64,000 bases of DNA from a virus. The notes beneath the pieces were generated by a model. It had not been told where the DNA came from. It saw only the letters and a program-made list of their open reading frames with translations, and did no database searches. Every line of letters begins with the position of its first letter. Position 1 is the first letter of the stretch. The stretch is taken from the IMG/VR virus record IMGVR_UViG_3300031857_000027. One strand, written 5' to 3'. Positions 18,262-26,871 of the stretch are shown here, in pieces. Position numbers and translations under genes: made by a program.

Positions 18262-19187
18262 TTGAATTCCACGTTAGCCATGATTTCTGTCAGGCAAGCA
18301 ACAAGATTGATTTCATGGTCAGCAACAAATGCTTGCTTGTATTGGTAGTCAGCAAGAATTAAGACTGCTTGTGGTATACTCTGAGGCTTTGCAATGTCAT
18401 ACAAAGCATCATAGAGTTTGCGAAAGAATGTCGTGTTATCAATTTCCGACGTTGCTGCCCATTTACGGACGGACGTAAAGTCTTTTTCTTTCAAATGTTT
18501 GACAATCTGTGTTAGAGAAATATCACCAATCTGAGAGAGGATGCCTACATCAATCTTGCCGAGTTTGGAATAGCGTTGAAGTTCATTGATAACACGACGA
18601 AAATCTGGAAAGTGTTTCTTGACTACTTCGGCAATTACCTTTTCGTCAAATTCAACTTTCTCTGTATCAAGTATGTGTGTGATGCGTTTGAAAAACGCAG
18701 AAGCCATTTGCGCTTTTTCACCATTCTTCAAACCAAATTCAATGACCGCACAACGACTGTGTAGTGGATCAATGATTTTGTTTTTATAGTTGCAGGTGAA
18801 AATGAAAGAACAGTTTGCAGCAAACTCTTCAATCGCATTACGCAGAATTGCTTGTGCGTTTGGTGTTAGATAATCTGCTTCATCTAGAATGACAACCTTA
18901 CGGCCACCAGAAAGTGAAACCGATGATGCATAGTTTTTGATTTTGACACGAATTGTATCGACGCCGTTCTCATCAGAACCATTGATTACCATGTAGTCGC
19001 AACCGATTTCGTTGCACATGGCTTTGGCGATTGTCGTCTTGCCCACACCCGCCCCACCAGCCAGAAGGAGATTTGGCATCTCTTTCTGGTTTACGTATTG
19101 TTGAAACACTGCTTTCAAACGTTCTGGTAGAATACATTCTTCCACTGTTCGTGGCCGATACTTTTCTGTCCATAGAAGATGTTCCAT
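18258..19187 (-). CDS. 44: Clamp loader large subunit gp44
   Basis: WTEKYRP, GAGVGKT, ILDEAD, SRC, FPDFRR. Confidence 0.97.
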   Translation of the reverse strand: MEHLLWTEKYRPRTVEECILPERLKAVFQQYVNQKEMPNLLLAGGAGVGKTTIAKAMCNEIGCDYMVINGSDENGVDTIRVKIKNYASSVSLSGGRKVVILDEADYLTPNAQAILRNAIEEFAANCSFIFTCNYKNKIIDPLHSRCAVIEFGLKNGEKAQMASAFFKRITHILDTEKVEFDEKVIAEVVKKHFPDFRRVINELQRYSKLGKIDVGILSQIGDISLTQIVKHLKEKDFTSVRKWAATSEIDNTTFFRKLYDALYDIAKPQSIPQAVLILADYQYKQAFVADHEINLVACLTEIMANVEFK

Positions 19188-19219
19188 GGTAACCTTTCAC
19201 AAAAATCATAATGTAATAT

Positions 19220-19248
19220 ATTATATCAGTCAGCGTTCAATTTTGCAA
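19220..19248 (-). promoter_or_regulatory. Sigma70-type promoter for gp44
   Basis: TTGCAA-17 bp-TATAAT with an extended TG. Confidence 0.65.
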
Positions 19249-19441
19249 GCACTTCAAGATATGGTTCTTTAACTTGCCAATCAATATTATTGACACCGTA
19301 AATAACAGTTCTTGGTTGTAGTTGTGCATTTGAATCTGGCTGAATTAGTTCAAAGACTGATGCAACAATGTCTTTATTGATAGCGATTGAATCACCATCG
19401 TGGTTTAGTGATGCATTTGTAAAAATAACAAACTTACCCAT
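19226..19441 (-). CDS. Small hypothetical protein, FlbD-like pattern
   Basis: INKDIVASV...TVIY...VKEPYLEVLAKL resembles the FlbD/SwrD family spacing. Confidence 0.5.
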   Translation of the reverse strand: MGKFVIFTNASLNHDGDSIAINKDIVASVFELIQPDSNAQLQPRTVIYGVNNIDWQVKEPYLEVLAKLNAD

Positions 19442-19443
19442 GA

Positions 19444-20124
19444 TTAACCTTTCTCATATTTTGAGCCTGCTTCAGTTGCAATCCAATACTGAATGCTCAT
19501 TGATTTGTGTTTGAAGTGTGCAATACCCTTTGAAGAGATAGTTACTGAATAAGCACCAGCAAGCATCTTCAAATTCTCTGTTTTGAACAGCATCTTGTAC
19601 TTGTCACCATTGCTCTTTGACACTTCAAGAGATTCTGTGTGTGCTGCATCATTCTGCAAATCAAATGCAGTTACAGAAACTTTACTACCATCAGATTCAA
19701 TAGCAATATGTGGTGAAGAAAGGACATTGGCAGCACGAAGAATCCAATCAAAGTCTTCTGCACTCAAATCAAATTTGATTTCTGGATTGTTGAGTTCCAG
19801 ATTCTTATCTGGTGCAGCAACGATCATGCTTGATGCACAGAAGCGATATTTGATTTTGCTGCGACCTTGTAGACCAGAGATGAGAACATTTGCCTCATCA
19901 AAGTCAATCACAGGTTCTTCTTTGTGTAGTGAAAGAACGGACAAAAAGTTGTTCAGATCATATACACCAAACTCTTTTGGAATTTCTTCAGAGACAACAG
20001 CCTCAGCAAGAATATTCTTATGAGTAGAAATGGTACGAATTGTTTTGCCTGGTTTGAAAAGAATGCCTTGATTAATACTGGCAAAGTTTTTCAATACAGA
20101 CAGAGTTTCATTTGAAAGTTTCAT
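19444..20124 (-). CDS. 45: Sliding clamp gp45
   Basis: MKLSNETLSVLKNFASIN, FGVYDLNNFL, YWIATE. Confidence 0.96.
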   Translation of the reverse strand: MKLSNETLSVLKNFASINQGILFKPGKTIRTISTHKNILAEAVVSEEIPKEFGVYDLNNFLSVLSLHKEEPVIDFDEANVLISGLQGRSKIKYRFCASSMIVAAPDKNLELNNPEIKFDLSAEDFDWILRAANVLSSPHIAIESDGSKVSVTAFDLQNDAAHTESLEVSKSNGDKYKMLFKTENLKMLAGAYSVTISSKGIAHFKHKSMSIQYWIATEAGSKYEKG

Positions 20125-20127
20125 GAT

Positions 20128-20397
20128 TTATTTCCTCGTCAAGTCATGATTATGTAAGGCCATTATAGCATAGTGTACAACTTTTAACAAGTCATCTCGA
20201 TTATAGCCGTTCTTTTTGCCGTAACGCTGTGCATACTTCATGATGTTTCCAATAAAGAATCCTTCACCGTGCCCACAGTCTATAATGAATTCTGAAGTTT
20301 GGAATTTGTTTAGTGAGTAGTGTTGACCGTATGTCTTGTCGATGTATTTTTTTAACTCTTCAAGAATACGGTCTTCACTGTATTTGTAGTCGATCAA
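20128..20397 (-). CDS. DUF3310 (SaV-like) protein
   Basis: HY...GFFIGNIMKYAQRYGKKNG...DLLKVVHY. Confidence 0.8.
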   Translation of the reverse strand: MIDYKYSEDRILEELKKYIDKTYGQHYSLNKFQTSEFIIDCGHGEGFFIGNIMKYAQRYGKKNGYNRDDLLKVVHYAIMALHNHDLTRK

Positions 20398-21209
20398 AGT
20401 CTACCGGTATACTGAGCAACAGCGGGCATGTTGCCAGTAAATGCGTATGTACCGATATGCTGAGTTCTCATCCAAGGACACAACCAAATGTTTCCACCCA
20501 TCTTGCGCCACATTTGACAGAACATATAATCTTCTGACAGATAACGCTCAGAGCCACCACCAACACATGAATCAGTTGTGTCAATCACGGTATCAAAGTA
20601 TGCATGAATGTAACGTGAGCCATCGAAATGTGCTTGACCAATATGATCGGGCTTATAACGAATGAAAGGATATTCTTCTTTCATCTTATCAAACACCTGA
20701 CGCTTGATCATCATATGACCTGTACCAATTTCCATTACTTCTAATGGCTCGGATACTTGGAATTGTTGTGTGCCTTTTACTACGTTGAATACGTATTCAC
20801 CAACAAGATTCTCAAGTTCTTTTGGATTCAGGTCTGGATGTTTGCGGGCTGTTTCCGCAATGTTGCCCCAGTTGATTGACTTCTTGGGATAAGGACCACC
20901 AATAACATCTTTATCTAATGCCATCAGTGCTACGATATCATTCGGATCAAAGTGAATGTCCGAATCAATGAACATCATGTGTGTAAAATCTGTGCGTAGA
21001 AACTCATCTACCAAATAGTTTCTTGCTCTTGTGATGAGTGATTCGTTGAAGAGAAAAGAAAACTTTGTTTCAATGCCATAACGAATCATGATAGTTTGTA
21101 AGTCAAGGCAAGACTTCATATACAAACCGTGATTCATACCACCATACATTGGTGTAGCCACGAACAGTTTATTCTTTCTCAGTTCTTCAAGGTTAACTTG
21201 TAATTGCAT
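20394..21209 (-). CDS. GT2-like (GT-A) glycosyltransferase
   Basis: FVATPMYGG, ESLITRARN, FIDSD (DxD), GTGHMMI, LSEDYMFC, HIG. Confidence 0.7.
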   Translation of the reverse strand: MQLQVNLEELRKNKLFVATPMYGGMNHGLYMKSCLDLQTIMIRYGIETKFSFLFNESLITRARNYLVDEFLRTDFTHMMFIDSDIHFDPNDIVALMALDKDVIGGPYPKKSINWGNIAETARKHPDLNPKELENLVGEYVFNVVKGTQQFQVSEPLEVMEIGTGHMMIKRQVFDKMKEEYPFIRYKPDHIGQAHFDGSRYIHAYFDTVIDTTDSCVGGGSERYLSEDYMFCQMWRKMGGNIWLCPWMRTQHIGTYAFTGNMPAVAQYTGRL

Positions 21210-21220
21210 AATTTATCCAT

Positions 21221-21260
21221 AAAAAAAGAGTGAGAACACATAATATATATGCTCTCACTC
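21221..21260 (-). terminator. Rho-independent terminator after the wHTH gene
   Basis: GAGTGAGA...TCTCACTC stem followed by T7. Confidence 0.75.
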
Positions 21261-21279
21261 CACCAGTTTCTAGCCTAAT

Positions 21280-21543
21280 TTAGGCAAACGCTTCTGCTCC
21301 AAGAACAGCATGTGCCATAGCAACCATTTCTTTGGTTGGTTTGCCGAGTTTGTAGTAAGTGATACGACGACCATCAGCAAGAGTTTTCTTGTTGGTATAG
21401 ATGCAGTAGCCTTCAGCACGAAGTTCTTCAATGCGGGCACCAACGTTTACGATACCGAAACGGGCACGTGCTTGTGCAGAAGTCAAGGTATTGTAAGGAC
21501 CGTCCTTAGAAAGGAACTTTAGAATTTTCTCTTTAGCAGACAT
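21280..21543 (-). CDS. Winged-helix DNA-binding protein
   Basis: ILKFL...LTSAQA...ARIEELRAEGYCI...YYKL; has its own promoter and terminator. Confidence 0.75.
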   Translation of the reverse strand: MSAKEKILKFLSKDGPYNTLTSAQARARFGIVNVGARIEELRAEGYCIYTNKKTLADGRRITYYKLGKPTKEMVAMAHAVLGAEAFA

Positions 21544-21614
21544 TCAATTTACTCCATAAAAATTAGTCGCACGAAAAATGAATAGTAGAGGCGACTTTTC
21601 TCTACATAGTTAAT

Positions 21615-21650
21615 AGTATATACAAAAAAAGAGAGTGTGTCAACACTCTC
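21615..21650 (-). promoter_or_regulatory. Sigma70 promoter nested in a terminator stem-loop
   Basis: TTGACA-17-TATACT; -35 centred on the loop of GAGAGTGT/ACACTCTC, followed by T7. Confidence 0.85.
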
Positions 21651-21668
21651 TTAGGCAATAGTGAAAAA

Positions 21669-23045
21669 TTAAGCAAATGTTACCGCTTGATCAGACCAAC
21701 GATTACCTTTTTTATTGTTGTATTCAGCGCAAACAAGTTGACCGTTTTCAATAGTAGTTTCACCACCTAGATCGTGTGGTAGAATGTGATCGGCTTGCCA
21801 CTTTTTGTGATTGTTGATCTCATGTTCTGGAATTTCTTTACCAGTTTTAGGGCAAACACCACCTTGTTTTGACCATAATTCATACTTCTGTGCTTGTGTA
21901 TAAAAACGTTCTTTATCACGTGCAGTCACAAGTTTACCAAGGCAATCAACTTTATTGAACTCACGCAACAAAGTATCTTTACGTGCAGTCAATTCTGGTG
22001 CAGACATGGTATCATTACATGAACTATAAGTACGTGATTCACCACCTGAAGTTGTCATGATTGGTTTATCATTTGCAATCAAACGATTCTCTGTAGCCAT
22101 AAACCACTTGAAAAAATCACCTTCATTCAAAATTTTCATGTTGTTGTCTTGAATATGTGTAGTCAACATATAAAGATTGAATAATGTTGATGAGTTTTTA
22201 AAACCATCATCAGCATATTTTTTCACAAGGCGCAGAACTTCTTCAATGCGTTTCTCTGCACGATTTGTACCACGTGATACCGCAGAGTCATCTTCATAGG
22301 CTTTTTTCTTTTCACCCAATTGAATTGTTTTTTGGGTGCCAAACGTTGAGTAAATTGCCATTGAAACAATAAAGTCATCAATAGAACGGCGAACAAATTG
22401 TTTCTCTGTTGGAAAAACTTTTTTCAAAACTGGATAGTGTTCTTTAACACGATCACGAACCCAACCCGAAAAAGGAACTAGAATAGCATTTAGTTTTTCT
22501 TGTGAGTTAAGAGATACACCGTCATTGATATTCAAAAACAATTGTGTCATATCATAACGTGTAGCATTCGTATATGCAACATAAGCCACTTGCACATACT
22601 CATCAACATATTTGCGGAAAATTTTCTTGAATGTATTATAATTGTCGCAGGTTTTATCAACGTGTACCGTTGTACCATTAGGCAGTGTATAATCTCCATG
22701 TGCAATGGAAATTTTGCCTTCTAAAAATTCATTGATAGTAATGGTGCGGTTGTTACCGTCAATTGAAATCCATTCATATCCTTGGTCTTGCCAATATTTG
22801 AAGTATTTCCAGTCATCTGAACCCTCGATAACATTTTCAAGGCACTTCTCGACATTACAAAGAACAATTTTTGATGGTGCCATGCCTGTAACAAGTGATG
22901 TTACAAATGCGGTTTTTGTATCATCAGACCATCGTGCAGATGATTGAAAGGAAAGGTCTAGACCTGTTTTTTTACGCAAGTCAAAAAGTTGCGGATCAAT
23001 AAGTTTGAAGGATGCATTATAGCAATGCAGTGTATTGTATTTCAT
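21669..23045 (-). CDS. DUF262 (ParB/GmrS-like) + C-terminal HNH endonuclease
   Basis: FQ...W...FVTSL..G, IDGNNR, LFLNINDGVSL; C-terminal CPKTG...DHILPHDLGGET...NGQLVC...N. Confidence 0.75.
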   Translation of the reverse strand: MKYNTLHCYNASFKLIDPQLFDLRKKTGLDLSFQSSARWSDDTKTAFVTSLVTGMAPSKIVLCNVEKCLENVIEGSDDWKYFKYWQDQGYEWISIDGNNRTITINEFLEGKISIAHGDYTLPNGTTVHVDKTCDNYNTFKKIFRKYVDEYVQVAYVAYTNATRYDMTQLFLNINDGVSLNSQEKLNAILVPFSGWVRDRVKEHYPVLKKVFPTEKQFVRRSIDDFIVSMAIYSTFGTQKTIQLGEKKKAYEDDSAVSRGTNRAEKRIEEVLRLVKKYADDGFKNSSTLFNLYMLTTHIQDNNMKILNEGDFFKWFMATENRLIANDKPIMTTSGGESRTYSSCNDTMSAPELTARKDTLLREFNKVDCLGKLVTARDKERFYTQAQKYELWSKQGGVCPKTGKEIPEHEINNHKKWQADHILPHDLGGETTIENGQLVCAEYNNKKGNRWSDQAVTFA

Positions 23046-23134
23046 AATTTCTCCTAGTTTAGTTTCTGACCAGTAGTCAGAGTTTAAAAAAGTGTCACTT
23101 ACTTAAACATTGTTTGTTCAGTGACACAAATATA

Positions 23135-23163
23135 ATCCTAACAGAGGACTAAGCCTCTGTCAA
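23135..23163 (-). promoter_or_regulatory. Sigma70 promoter with a spacer inverted repeat
   Basis: TTGACA-17-TAGGAT; ACAGAGG/CCTCTGT stem. Confidence 0.7.
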
Positions 23164-23166
23164 GAA

Positions 23167-24348
23167 TTAAAACGGCTGTTCTTCAGAAGTTGTTACCGGT
23201 TCAATCTGTTCAGTTGATACCAATTCACTAGGATCAATACCAGCATCAATCTTAGTATACAGATCAAGGAAGGTAATCTTAGTATCGGCATCAAAACGAT
23301 TCAAGCAATACTCAATCGCTTTTTTCTTATCACCGTAAATACCGAATGTTTTCACAATGTGTACCAAACGGCGGGTTGAAATAACCTCATCACAACCACC
23401 ATCAGCAAAGGTATTACGAATCGTATTAGCCCAAGTAACTAGATTTTTGGCAAATACATCATCAGAACGACCGACTGAATCAAGTTCTTTGTTGATAATT
23501 TTTTCTTCAATACGTGCAGGTGGAAACTCTTGCTCCATTGTATTTGGGAAACGCTCAAGAAACGCCTCATTCAATACATTGGTAAACATATAGCGACCAT
23601 CTTCAGAGCCTTTACCTTTTGTGTTAGCGGTAGCAAACACGGTAAAACCTGGCGCAGGTGTAACCAGTTCATTCTTTTTCTTTAGCAAGAATGGCTTACC
23701 CTCAAGTACCCGTTGTAAGCAGGAAAGATTCTGAGCGCCGTAGTCAATCTCATCAATACAGAGTACAGCACCTTGGCGGGCTGCCACAGTCACAGGACCG
23801 TCACGCCATTCCATTTGACCGTTGATCAGAACATAGTTACCAAGCAAATCACTCTCATCAGAATCAGGTGTCATTGATACGCAAACGAATTTGCGTTTTG
23901 CTTTGGCGCAAGCCTGTTCAATACTCATGGTCTTACCGTTACCAGATTGACCAGTGATGAACACAGGGAAGAATTGTTTTGATTTCACAATTGACAACAC
24001 ATCATCAAAGTTGCCAAAAGGAACATAGTTGTCATATTGAAAAGGAACCAGATTCTCAAGTTCAAGATCAGTTGTCACATTTGCAATACGATTACCTTGC
24101 ACAGGTTCGGGTTTTGCCATAGGTATTACCTGTGCAGCCAGACTGATGGCTGGTGTAGCACCAGAGGCGCCAGGAACACGATATACACCACGTTTGACCT
24201 TATTACTCTCATCGTTAGTGAACCAGTAGGGAATCGCCAGACCAGCATCGGAGGCAATGTCTTTCACTTCTGACAACGATACCTCAGCCTTACCAGTTGC
24301 ATTAAGAGCATCAATAAAAGCCTGACGTTTATTAGCACGACTTGTCAT
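23167..24348 (-). CDS. CobS-like / MoxR-type AAA+ ATPase
   Basis: GQSGNGKT, CIDEID, ATANTKGKGSEDGRY, NEAFLERF, ISTRRL. Confidence 0.9.
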   Translation of the reverse strand: MTSRANKRQAFIDALNATGKAEVSLSEVKDIASDAGLAIPYWFTNDESNKVKRGVYRVPGASGATPAISLAAQVIPMAKPEPVQGNRIANVTTDLELENLVPFQYDNYVPFGNFDDVLSIVKSKQFFPVFITGQSGNGKTMSIEQACAKAKRKFVCVSMTPDSDESDLLGNYVLINGQMEWRDGPVTVAARQGAVLCIDEIDYGAQNLSCLQRVLEGKPFLLKKKNELVTPAPGFTVFATANTKGKGSEDGRYMFTNVLNEAFLERFPNTMEQEFPPARIEEKIINKELDSVGRSDDVFAKNLVTWANTIRNTFADGGCDEVISTRRLVHIVKTFGIYGDKKKAIEYCLNRFDADTKITFLDLYTKIDAGIDPSELVSTEQIEPVTTSEEQPF

Positions 24349-24380
24349 AATATAAATTCTCCATCACTTTAGGAACTACC

Positions 24381-24419
24381 ATTATATAAGGATACCACCA
24401 CTTTGTCAAGCGGTGGTAT
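24381..24419 (-). promoter_or_regulatory. Consensus sigma70 promoter with -35 inside a 12-bp stem-loop
   Basis: TTGACA-17-TATAAT; ATACCACCGCTT-GACA-AAGTGGTGGTAT. Confidence 0.9.
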
Positions 24420-24423
24420 GTTA

Positions 24424-26712
24424 TCAAACTGCTATCATACCGATGAAACGTGATACCAGAACACGGTTGACTTGACGATTTTTGGTATACTTACTGAACG
24501 CCTTGGTCAAAGTTGAGGTGGTAACTTTTGTTGGTGCCTCAAAGTCTTCATCCTCAATATTCAAATCACTACCACCTGGTAGAATAAAGAATGATTCATA
24601 GCCAACATTCTTTGATTCAAGATACTTATCTTTGCGAATCAATTTCATGTACTTTGAATACGCATCTTTCAATTGATAGTAATTCTCACGTGGTGATTTA
24701 CGCAGTTCATTAATTTCATCATTAAACAAACGGCGGCGTACAGCATTTTTCATCATGTAGTTGGGCGACAAATAGAAGCCGATGATTTTTACACCGGTTG
24801 TTTTCGTCAACCAATTACTAATGGCAATACGAATACCATCATCACCTTCAGGTACCGCTTGTTGAATTTTGTTTTTCTTATCACATAGAAAAACGTTCTG
24901 ATAATTTGTACTGAAGAAGTTTCGGTTGCCATTGATGCTTTCACCTTCATTCGGTTTGTGATATGAATTGATATCATCAGCATCACCATCATGAACCACA
25001 CACAAGTTTACAATATCAAGATTGTTCACAGTGCGGAACTCTTTGATAATTGATTGGCAAGCAATCATCGCCTCAGTCAACGGTGTATTGGACAGTGAAT
25101 CGGATTGTGGGCGATAAAAATTAGCACCTCTAGAATAACGACCACCAGACCAAGCATTCATGAGACACAGAATATTCTTTGTTGCCTTAGAAAATTCTGA
25201 GTTACTCATCTTTGAGTTAATTAACTCACGAAGATACACCGAAGACAAGTGCATCTCACGATTGTTTTCAGAGAAACAACCATAAGATTTACCTGTACCA
25301 GGTTCTTCACGGTAGTCAATCGTTTCACGAACATGATCAGCATTACCGAAACCATATGCTGCAAATGGAATGTTTACTTTGCGGCAGAAGGTAGCCAACA
25401 CAAGTATCTGTTCATATGATGCACCAAGATTCTCTGACATTGAACCAGACTTATCAAGCAACAAAATCAAGCCGTGCGATTTACCTTTAGGCACACGCAT
25501 AACTTTTTTGAAAATGTTATCATCAATCTGATATTTGAAAACACGGCTTACATCAATGTCACCAGTTGACGATGTTTTCGCTTTAGAAAACTTATCGGCA
25601 GCCTTACGCATCTCAAATTCTTTTGCCAACAATGAAATGAATCGTTCATTCTTACGACGAAAATCATTGTACAAAGTATTGGCAATTGATTGATAGTCAG
25701 AAGGTCGCTGTTTTGAAAACTCTTCAGTCAGAACTTCCTGTACACGTTTTGCTGGTGTGACAATCTTTGTCAGATTCGGCTTAGGTATATCAACATAAAC
25801 ATACTCACGTGCATGTTTCGCAATGAGTTTGCCTTCATTCTGACGGAAGTTTTCATCAGTCTCACACCGTGGTTCGGGAGTTTGATCCTCACGTACACTC
25901 TGAGATTCTTTGGTGCGATTTACACCATCTTTGTCTTCACCCTCATCATCACCTTCCTCTTCACCATCTTGGCTAGCGTTTGATGCCGATTCATTTTCTT
26001 GATCACCATCTTCACCTTTGGCTTTAGTCTTAGATTTTTGTTCACCTTCGCCATCAGTCTCAGCATCACCTTCATTTGAACCAGGTTGGGTTTCATAATC
26101 TTCATCACCCTCATCGGACTCAAAATTATCTTGAGGCATATTAGTCTGAGACTGTTCTTCTTTTGAATAGTCCCAAATCTCATTGGTAACTTTGAGAACA
26201 TCATCCCATGTTTCACAGGTCTGAACACGTTCAACAAACTCCTGTTCTTTTGCATTGAATGCAACAGGAATGGTGTAGCCAGATTTTGAATAGATGTTCA
26301 AACGGTCAATGAACGACATTGTATTAACATCACGACCAGCCAGACCAAAGAAGTCTTTGTCCATGAGTTCATTGAAACCGTTGACAAACGAACGGCGCAG
26401 ACCAGGATAACGGCGCTTTTGTCGTTTTTCAATACGTGCATCTTCAACTACATTCAAAAAGCCTTTGTAGTTTGCACCACGTTCATGTACAGCACCATGC
26501 CAACCATCGGCAGGAGTATCAATAGCGTGACCAACTTCATGACCCATTAGCAAGTCATAAAGGTCGCCTGACATTTGTTCCCAAATAGGACAGGTTAGAA
26601 CACGATTTTTAGGATCAAACATTGCCGTTGGAACTTTGGCATGTTGAACGATAAGATTCTCGGTGGCCATGAGTTTGGCCAGACCGGACTTTTGATTTTG
26701 AATGTTACTCAT
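24424..26712 (-). CDS. CobT-like protein: HExxH metallopeptidase-like N-domain, acidic linker, vWA domain
   Basis: HEVGH and NVVEDARIE; D/E-rich linker; MIDAS LDKSGSM, TPL, HDGD. Confidence 0.85.
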   Translation of the reverse strand: MSNIQNQKSGLAKLMATENLIVQHAKVPTAMFDPKNRVLTCPIWEQMSGDLYDLLMGHEVGHAIDTPADGWHGAVHERGANYKGFLNVVEDARIEKRQKRRYPGLRRSFVNGFNELMDKDFFGLAGRDVNTMSFIDRLNIYSKSGYTIPVAFNAKEQEFVERVQTCETWDDVLKVTNEIWDYSKEEQSQTNMPQDNFESDEGDEDYETQPGSNEGDAETDGEGEQKSKTKAKGEDGDQENESASNASQDGEEEGDDEGEDKDGVNRTKESQSVREDQTPEPRCETDENFRQNEGKLIAKHAREYVYVDIPKPNLTKIVTPAKRVQEVLTEEFSKQRPSDYQSIANTLYNDFRRKNERFISLLAKEFEMRKAADKFSKAKTSSTGDIDVSRVFKYQIDDNIFKKVMRVPKGKSHGLILLLDKSGSMSENLGASYEQILVLATFCRKVNIPFAAYGFGNADHVRETIDYREEPGTGKSYGCFSENNREMHLSSVYLRELINSKMSNSEFSKATKNILCLMNAWSGGRYSRGANFYRPQSDSLSNTPLTEAMIACQSIIKEFRTVNNLDIVNLCVVHDGDADDINSYHKPNEGESINGNRNFFSTNYQNVFLCDKKNKIQQAVPEGDDGIRIAISNWLTKTTGVKIIGFYLSPNYMMKNAVRRRLFNDEINELRKSPRENYYQLKDAYSKYMKLIRKDKYLESKNVGYESFFILPGGSDLNIEDEDFEAPTKVTTSTLTKAFSKYTKNRQVNRVLVSRFIGMIAV

Positions 26713-26741
26713 TTGATAACCTCGTCAATCACTGAGTAACC

Positions 26742-26770
26742 ATTATATATGGTTTGACGGGGTTTGTCAA
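26742..26770 (-). promoter_or_regulatory. Consensus sigma70 promoter (proximal of a tandem pair)
   Basis: TTGACA-17-TATAATGGT. Confidence 0.9.
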
Positions 26771-26830
26771 GCACATCAGAAAAGTGTTGCAAAAAAGACA
26801 TCAATACCTCCATATCAAACTGTACACACC

Positions 26831-26859
26831 ATTATAACTGGTATGCTGGAGATTGTCAA
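26831..26859 (-). promoter_or_regulatory. Consensus sigma70 promoter (distal of a tandem pair)
   Basis: TTGACA-17-TATAATGGT. Confidence 0.9.
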
Positions 26860-26871
26860 GTTGCTTTTTTG

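Noticed and set aside
23167-26712. cobS/cobT as cobalamin-biosynthesis genes feeding the B12 radical SAM enzyme
   Set aside because: There is no cobN or other cob gene in the window, and the partner has an HExxH domain; a generic AAA+/vWA pair is the more economical reading
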